Shown: piece after piece, positions 59,335 to 64,000 of the stretch
Numbering within the stretch: the stretch's first letter is position 1
Layout of the letters: each line of letters begins with the position of its first letter
Origin: an uncultured Gammaproteobacteria bacterium
Lineage (GTDB): Bacteria; Pseudomonadota; Gammaproteobacteria; Magnimaribacterales; D2472
Assembly (NCBI GenBank): GCA_964417685.1
Contig: CAYQIT010000001.1
Span: 81,157 to 145,156, forward strand
Direction: 5' to 3'
DNA: 64,000 bases
Notes under the pieces: generated by a model
Told to the model about the DNA's origin: nothing
Database searches by the model: none
What the model saw: only the letters and a program-made list of their open reading frames with translations
Made by a program: the position numbers and the translations under genes

Positions 59335-60312
59335 TTATTTAGATAGATGTATTAAGAGATCCTCTTTAAATTTATCAAATACTGGTGGCTCTATCATATG
59401 TCGCATTTCGGAAAGTACAATAAGTTGGCTGTTTTTAATCAATCTATTGGCTTTATAAGCATTTTTTACCTTTATTAATGGATCATCTTTACCATGAATA
59501 ATAAGAGTTTGTAATTCAATAGATTTAACTTTTTTAATTCTATTTTTTGATCCAAGTATTGCCATGATTTGTCGACTAAAACCAGAGTCGTCTGGTCCAG
59601 CTCTTTGAATAGATTCAACAGATTTATTGTAAAATTCTTCGGTGTTAAGGTTGTATCCCTCTAGTCCAATTAATGTAAATATCTTTCTACTTCTTTCTAT
59701 CCTCTCATCCATCGTTGCATTTGGATTATTTGATCTATTCATTAATAATTTTCTTACATCTCTAGTTGGGCCATTAATGGGGCTTGGAGTGTCAGTAGAT
59801 GAAGCAATAAGTGTGAAAGATTTTATTCTTTCTTGATGATTTGCAGCAATTATTTGAGCAATCATTCCACCCATAGACATACCTAGAAGATGTGATTTTT
59901 CTATAGCTAGATGATCAAGTATTGCAATTGAATCATTAGCCATATCATCAAGTGTATATGGAGGGTTAATTGGCAATCTGAGAAAGTATCTAATATAAGT
60001 AGAGTTGATTGTTCTTGATCTATTTTCATCAGAAAATAAATCACTATTCACTCTTGTCGATAGGCCCGTATCGCGATTATCAAAGACAATAGGTCTATAG
60101 CCGTTTTCTATGAGAAAATCTAAAAGATGATCAGGCCAATTAATTAACTGGCCACCAAGACCTTGAACAAGCAAAATAGGATCACCAGTTAATGGGCCGT
60201 AATCACGATATGCAATTTTTATATCGCCATTGTAAGCAAAACCCTCTTCCCATGCCTGAGTGTTAATTGAAAATGTCATGATGGTGATAAATATATACTT
60301 ATAGAAAGGCAT
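59335..60312 (-). CDS. secreted alpha/beta-fold hydrolase
   Basis: Signal peptide (..FSINTQA). Nucleophile elbow GMSMGG and a late His (MRHM). Confidence 0.8.
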   Translation of the reverse strand: MPFYKYIFITIMTFSINTQAWEEGFAYNGDIKIAYRDYGPLTGDPILLVQGLGGQLINWPDHLLDFLIENGYRPIVFDNRDTGLSTRVNSDLFSDENRSRTINSTYIRYFLRLPINPPYTLDDMANDSIAILDHLAIEKSHLLGMSMGGMIAQIIAANHQERIKSFTLIASSTDTPSPINGPTRDVRKLLMNRSNNPNATMDERIERSRKIFTLIGLEGYNLNTEEFYNKSVESIQRAGPDDSGFSRQIMAILGSKNRIKKVKSIELQTLIIHGKDDPLIKVKNAYKANRLIKNSQLIVLSEMRHMIEPPVFDKFKEDLLIHLSK

Positions 60313-61393
60313 TAATCCTTTCCTTGATATTTTCTCTCAGAGAGCCCCAAAATAACATCACATCAAAAGAATGAAGATCGCCATTAAAGGATCTCATCTT
60401 ACGCATTTTTTCAATAAGATCGCCCTTAGTTTCTAACAAGCCATTTTCTTGATTTATACGAGATTGAAAATTTTGGATTCTTGTAGAACCAATCGCCTTC
60501 TTAGAATTGGTATGCTTCAATAATGTTAAATCCATAAAGACATCATTGTTTGATTTATTAATTATCGAACAATGACTACTGTTTTGTTCATGCCAAGTAA
60601 AGTCATTAGTCCAGCTAAAAGGATTAGTACATGTAATATTTTCAGTCATATCTTGAAAAACCCACCCTTGAGGTAGCCAATGAGGTGTTGATGCGCGTGT
60701 TCGCTTAAACCCCTCAGCAACAGTGGACCAAGTAATAATTGAGTGGTTGTCAGCCTTATTATCAGAAGGTTTTAAATTTTGGAATAGATTATTAAATGAA
60801 GTTTTTGGAAGTATATAACCAATTAAAAAACCATTAATAAATTGTTTTTTTAAAGAGGTGTTAATAATTCTGTTATGGATAAGCCTTTGCCCATGCAGAG
60901 CCCCTTGACTGTGACCATAGATAAAAAATGGCCTTCCGTTATTAAAGTTATCTATATAATAATCAAAAGCTCTTTCAACATCTTTGTATGCAAGATCAAG
61001 TGCTTTTAAGCCATTCTCATGATTTGAAAAGAATGAGTAATAAGTTGCCTGACGATATTCAGGTGCGTATATATTACATGAATCATTAAAGACTGACGCT
61101 TGATTCGCAAGCATAACTTCAGTTCTCTCATATGCTGAGCTGCTTTTATCTAAATTAAAATTCCATTTCTTTTCAAAAAAACCAGTTGGATGAATATAAA
61201 AAACATCCACATCATTTTCTTTACTAATGGAGTATGAATCTGAAGGCACAAGATATTGATAGCCATCTAATTCAGGAAGTGCTGCCCAATTATCTTTTAA
61301 GCTGTAATCAGGTTCTGCAGGAGACTCAGGTAATACAAAGTCAGATTCAGGTTTAACAAGCTCTAAGAGCTTTAGTAAGTTTTCATCAGCCAT
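60299..61393 (-). CDS. DUF3089-family alpha/beta hydrolase-like protein
   Basis: DVFYIHPT and the nucleophile elbow GHSQGA, as in DUF3089 (from memory). Confidence 0.65.
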   Translation of the reverse strand: MADENLLKLLELVKPESDFVLPESPAEPDYSLKDNWAALPELDGYQYLVPSDSYSISKENDVDVFYIHPTGFFEKKWNFNLDKSSSAYERTEVMLANQASVFNDSCNIYAPEYRQATYYSFFSNHENGLKALDLAYKDVERAFDYYIDNFNNGRPFFIYGHSQGALHGQRLIHNRIINTSLKKQFINGFLIGYILPKTSFNNLFQNLKPSDNKADNHSIITWSTVAEGFKRTRASTPHWLPQGWVFQDMTENITCTNPFSWTNDFTWHEQNSSHCSIINKSNNDVFMDLTLLKHTNSKKAIGSTRIQNFQSRINQENGLLETKGDLIEKMRKMRSFNGDLHSFDVMLFWGSLRENIKERINAFL

Positions 61394-61396
61394 TAG

Positions 61397-61966
61397 CTAG
61401 TTTTTGTAAATAGTATTTTTAGGTTTAGCAAAGATTCTTTCAACCATTGGAATAAAAAAGTCTAAAGGAAGCGATTCATATTCAGGATCAAAACTATTTT
61501 GGTCATATTTATCACAAAATTCTTTGCAGTCATCAAAATAAGGATGATCTTTAAACTTGTCTCTCATATTTTTGTCTAATCCCAGGTATTCAAAAAAGTA
61601 GTAGCCTTGAAATATTCCGTGATGTTTTACGATCCAATAGTTTTTTTCAGATATAAAAGGTTGCATTAATGTGGCTGCAAAGTCTGCATGATTTGAGGGA
61701 GCAAGATTATCGCCAATATCATGAAGTAAAGCACAAACAACATATTCCTCATCCCTGCCGTCTCTATGAGCACGAGTAGCTGTTTGAATTGAATGAGTTA
61801 ATCTATCTACCGCAAAACCCCCGTAATCATTACCCAGCATCATTAGATGATCTAATATTTTTCCAGGAAGATCAGCAGCTTCATTTATATTTGATTCAGC
61901 AATGATTGACCAATCTTCAGGGGTGCCGTCAGTCATTTTAGTGAATTTTGCTTTTAACTCTGCCAT
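61397..61966 (-). CDS. HD-domain protein with a PhnZ/TmpB/MIOX-like six-ligand pattern
   Basis: 189 aa. Ordered ligand candidates are H (LTHSIQ), HD (LLHDIGD), H (SNHADF), HH (VKHHG) and D (NSFDP). Confidence 0.7.
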   Translation of the reverse strand: MAELKAKFTKMTDGTPEDWSIIAESNINEAADLPGKILDHLMMLGNDYGGFAVDRLTHSIQTATRAHRDGRDEEYVVCALLHDIGDNLAPSNHADFAATLMQPFISEKNYWIVKHHGIFQGYYFFEYLGLDKNMRDKFKDHPYFDDCKEFCDKYDQNSFDPEYESLPLDFFIPMVERIFAKPKNTIYKN

Positions 61967-61988
61967 GTTAAAAGTATAACAAAAAAAA

Positions 61989-62393
61989 TTATACTAGTTT
62001 ATTTGTAGCAGTTGAGGTGGCTATAAGATTTCCATTTTGAAACATCTCTGCTTTGGTAAAAGCTATAGACTTTCCTTGTTTAATAATTTTACTTTTTGCT
62101 TGCACTTCTGAATCCGGAACGCATGGAAGTAAAAAAGTAGTTGTCATGTCTAATGTAAGCGGTATTTTTTTACCTTGGGTAAGGTATATCAAAAATTGTG
62201 CCATAGAAGAATCAAGCATCCCTGCAACAAATCCACCTTGTACAATTGTGTCATTGGAATGTGTTAAATCAGTATTAGGAACAAAAACACACGTATATTC
62301 AGAACCATCATCATTTAAAAAAGCTTCTTTAAAACCAAGTATTTTTAAAAATGGAGGTGCTTGTCTGAATATTTCTTCTATTTTTTTGCTCAT
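61989..62393 (-). CDS. PaaI/4HBT-type hotdog-fold thioesterase
   Basis: 134 aa from the ATG at 62393 (MSKKIEEIF...), with a VQGGFVAGMLDS motif. The longer 155-aa ORF in the track reads through the tRNA gene and is rejected. Confidence 0.75.
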   Translation of the reverse strand: MSKKIEEIFRQAPPFLKILGFKEAFLNDDGSEYTCVFVPNTDLTHSNDTIVQGGFVAGMLDSSMAQFLIYLTQGKKIPLTLDMTTTFLLPCVPDSEVQAKSKIIKQGKSIAFTKAEMFQNGNLIATSTATNKLV

Positions 62394-62399
62394 AATAAA

Positions 62400-62491
62400 T
62401 GGCGGAGGGAGTGGGATTCGAACCCACGGTGCCGATGAAGGCACGACGGTTTTCAAGACCGTTACAATAAACCAGACTCTGCCATCCCTCC
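62400..62491 (-). tRNA. tRNA-Ser (anticodon UGA), CCA encoded
   Basis: The reverse complement folds as a class II tRNA. The acceptor stem is GGAGGGA/TCCCTCC. The anticodon stem is ACGGT/ACCGT with loop CTTGAAA. The long variable arm is GTGCC/GGCAC. The T arm is GTGGG-TTCGAAT-CCCAC, ending in GCCA. Confidence 0.93.
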
Positions 62492-62509
62492 TATGTCTGA
62501 ACTCGCTAT

Positions 62510-62538
62510 TTTATAGCGTTTATTGCAATAATCAACAA
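62510..62538 (-). promoter_or_regulatory. candidate sigma70 promoter for tRNA-Ser
   Basis: On the minus strand: TTGTTG, a 17-nt spacer, then TATAAA. The -10 element ends 18 nt before the mature tRNA 5' end. This is pattern matching only. Confidence 0.3.
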
Positions 62539-62577
62539 TTAATTAGATTACAAATAAATAGCTTATACGTAAAAATA

Positions 62578-62611
62578 AAGAGGCAATAACCGGGGAAGTA
62601 TATTGCCTCTT
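62578..62611 (-). terminator. perfect 11-bp hairpin followed by a T-rich run on the minus strand (second terminator-like element)
   Basis: Arms aagaggcaata/tattgcctctt with a 12-nt loop. On the minus strand it is followed by tatttttac. It lies about 100 nt downstream of the G/C terminator at 62715-62742. Confidence 0.4.
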
Positions 62612-62714
62612 TGAAATTTCAATCTCAAGGGGAATTGATTGAACAAGAACAATGTAATCAATCTAAGCGACAATAATGTGAAATACAGGTTATATATTGT
62701 GAGATTTTTGAAAC

Positions 62715-62742
62715 AAAAAAAAGGGGGGGGCTTTAACCCCCC
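62715..62742 (-). terminator. rho-independent terminator of the 232-aa secreted-protein gene
   Basis: On the minus strand: GGGGGG, loop TTAAAG, CCCCCCCC, then T8. It starts 19 nt past the stop at 62761. Confidence 0.7.
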
Positions 62743-62760
62743 TCACTTAGATACACAAAA

Positions 62761-63459
62761 CTAATTGCTAGCAGTGTAGAATTGCTCACACACCTCAAAC
62801 TGATCATTAACAACATCATCAATTAGAAGTAACGCTTCTCTGTAGGTATTTCCCCATGCTGCACCTGCAAAATAATCATCAATTAATGCACCATGAGTAT
62901 CCACATTAGAAGTAATGGATTTTAAATAATAGGTGCCAGCCTCATAAGTACCGCCACCAATAGCGACAAATAAGCCATTCATAAAGGTGTCGTGGCCAGC
63001 TGCCTGAACTTCTTTTTCGAGTTTTGTTATAACTTTTACAAGTTCAGGTAAATTTGATCTAGCAACTTTAATACGCATAGCTCTCTCATAACCAGGATCT
63101 ATTCTTGGAAAGTTTTTAATTGGAGCCCATGTTGCACCATATTTAAATTTACGCATTTTAGACATCTCTTTGGGTGCTTTGCTAGGATCATATTTACTTG
63201 CACCTTGTAATGCACTAGTAACGTCTGGAAACGCACTCCACATCATTAATTGGCCTTTATAGTCCCTACCAGATATCGTTTCACAATAACCAGCTGCATC
63301 AGCACCAATAAGCTCATATAAAGCTGTATTAGACTTTACTGAATTTATATAAGCATTAGTATCCTTGGCGCTAACCATTAGAGTTGTGAATGCACCCTCT
63401 GCTATAGCACCCATACTAAAGGTTAAGACCACCACCGGTAAAAGTTTTAATTTATTCAT
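62761..63459 (-). CDS. hypothetical secreted protein (232 aa)
   Basis: Signal peptide MNKLKLLPVVVLTFSMGAIAEG, an AGGAG Shine-Dalgarno sequence and a strong terminator. I recognise no family. Confidence 0.6.
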   Translation of the reverse strand: MNKLKLLPVVVLTFSMGAIAEGAFTTLMVSAKDTNAYINSVKSNTALYELIGADAAGYCETISGRDYKGQLMMWSAFPDVTSALQGASKYDPSKAPKEMSKMRKFKYGATWAPIKNFPRIDPGYERAMRIKVARSNLPELVKVITKLEKEVQAAGHDTFMNGLFVAIGGGTYEAGTYYLKSITSNVDTHGALIDDYFAGAAWGNTYREALLLIDDVVNDQFEVCEQFYTASN

Positions 63460-63744
63460 ATTAATCTCCTCTAAAAAATTTATATCTTAAAATATACCTT
63501 TAAATCAGTGAGTATTGAGCAAATTAATATATAAAAATTATATATGTAAGAAAATTTAATACCCAATAACTAAACGAATAAATATTACAGGCAATATCAA
63601 TGATACTAGTAATAAAAGAAGAAATTTCCACTTAGTCATAGATTTTTAATGAATTGTTGAATATCTATTTTACACATAGAGTCTATATAAAGAAATTTAA
63701 TCTACTGCTAAAATTAAGTTATTAATCAAATTTATCTATAAAAA

Positions 63745-64000
63745 ATGAATTCATGGCAAAAAATCATTAATATTTGTTTAGCAATAATTGTCACATTATT
63801 TATTGTTATGATTGAGAAACTTGAAGACAGAGTAAAAGTCTTAGAAAGCTCTGCAACTGAAAGTAGTTTCAATAAAAATATTTCAACGCTTTCAATTGAA
63901 GATAAGTTTTTAGATTGTAACCTTGATAAAGTTTTAAATATGGAAGGTGACTTTAAAGATAATCTTGTTATATCAGTGCTTAAGAAAAATGATCAAATAA
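63745..64000 (+). CDS. hypothetical protein with an N-terminal TM anchor (3' end outside the window)
   Basis: From the ATG at 63745 the frame stays open to the window end (MNSWQKIINICLAIIVTLFIVMIEKLEDRVKVLESS...). I see no recognisable family and no clear Shine-Dalgarno sequence. Confidence 0.4.
   Translation, partial: MNSWQKIINICLAIIVTLFIVMIEKLEDRVKVLESSATESSFNKNISTLSIEDKFLDCNLDKVLNMEGDFKDNLVISVLKKNDQI

Noticed and set aside
61989-62456. The 155-aa version of the thioesterase ORF given in the track.
   Set aside because: Its first 21 codons (MKTVVPSSAPWVRIPLPPPFI) are the translated tRNA-Ser gene (62400-62491). The real start is the ATG at 62393.
62400-62491. tRNA-Ser as the attachment site of a genomic island covering the downstream hydrolase cluster.
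   Set aside because: I saw no integrase, no mobility gene, and no direct repeat of the tRNA 3' end by eye in the downstream 5 kb. Composition looks the same as the rest of the window.
62053-62589. 178-aa plus-strand ORF.
   Set aside because: It runs antisense through the thioesterase gene and straight across the tRNA-Ser gene. It has no recognisable motifs, so it is a spurious frame.
62723-62730. G8 homopolymer as a phase-variation tract.
   Set aside because: It is non-coding and forms the stem of a terminator hairpin with the C tract. It has no associated ORF or promoter spacing role.
63556-63639. 27-codon hydrophobic minus-strand ORF (MTKWKFLLLLLVSLILPVIFIRLVIGY) in the 285-nt spacer.
   Set aside because: There is no Shine-Dalgarno sequence upstream. 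It is very short and is easily produced by chance in AT-rich DNA. I cannot support it without conservation or expression data.
1-64000. CRISPR arrays, insertion sequences, prophage, toxin-antitoxin or known defence systems.
   Set aside because: I saw no repeat-spacer arrays, transposase or integrase-like ORFs, terminal inverted repeats, or defence-associated domains anywhere in the window.

Overview
This is an AT-rich (about one-third G+C by eye, not computed), very gene-dense chromosomal segment. It looks like a streamlined marine gammaproteobacterium; a SAR86-like lifestyle is inference only. I can support about 60 protein genes and one tRNA-Ser(UGA). I saw no rRNA, CRISPR array, transposase, integrase or phage genes.

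Core blocks, whose order matches Pseudomonas-type synteny from memory:
- Long-form GAPDH, then nqrABCDEF-apbE-nqrM.
- aceA, purB, mnmA, icd, clpS-clpA and infA.
- etfBA with a divergent ETF-ubiquinone oxidoreductase.
- A 14-kb co-directional run: trpS, MFS, hemH, SDR, ALDH, lolC/F, lolD, exbB, exbD, msbA::lpxK, kdsB, murB, lysE, DUF1285, DUF2256.

Accessory genes lie between these blocks:
- A GH16 laminarinase-like lipoprotein, a 952-aa M14 carboxypeptidase and oligopeptidase B.
- Two tandem paralogous membrane-anchored TPR proteins.
- A TonB-dependent receptor next to a ceramidase-like membrane protein.
- DUF885 and DUF349 proteins.

Best candidates for undescribed biology:
1. A five-gene minus-strand cluster (28.2-32.2 kb). 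It couples a class IV aminotransferase to a sulfotransferase-fold protein, an orphan membrane-anchored protein, an FMN nitronate-monooxygenase-family enzyme and a YeiH/TauZ-type putative sulfate exporter.
2. The tandem TolB_N-like/TPR membrane paralogs (23.1-26.1 kb).
3. An in-frame MsbA-LpxK fusion.
4. A tRNA-Ser-led operon (57.9-62.5 kb): thioesterase, an HD-domain protein with a diiron-oxygenase-like ligand pattern, DUF3089, an alpha/beta hydrolase and a GPH transporter.

Two small genes missing from the ORF track were found by hand, nqrM and a DUF2256 zinc-ribbon protein. All functional calls rest on motifs I recognise by eye and on gene order. No database search was run.
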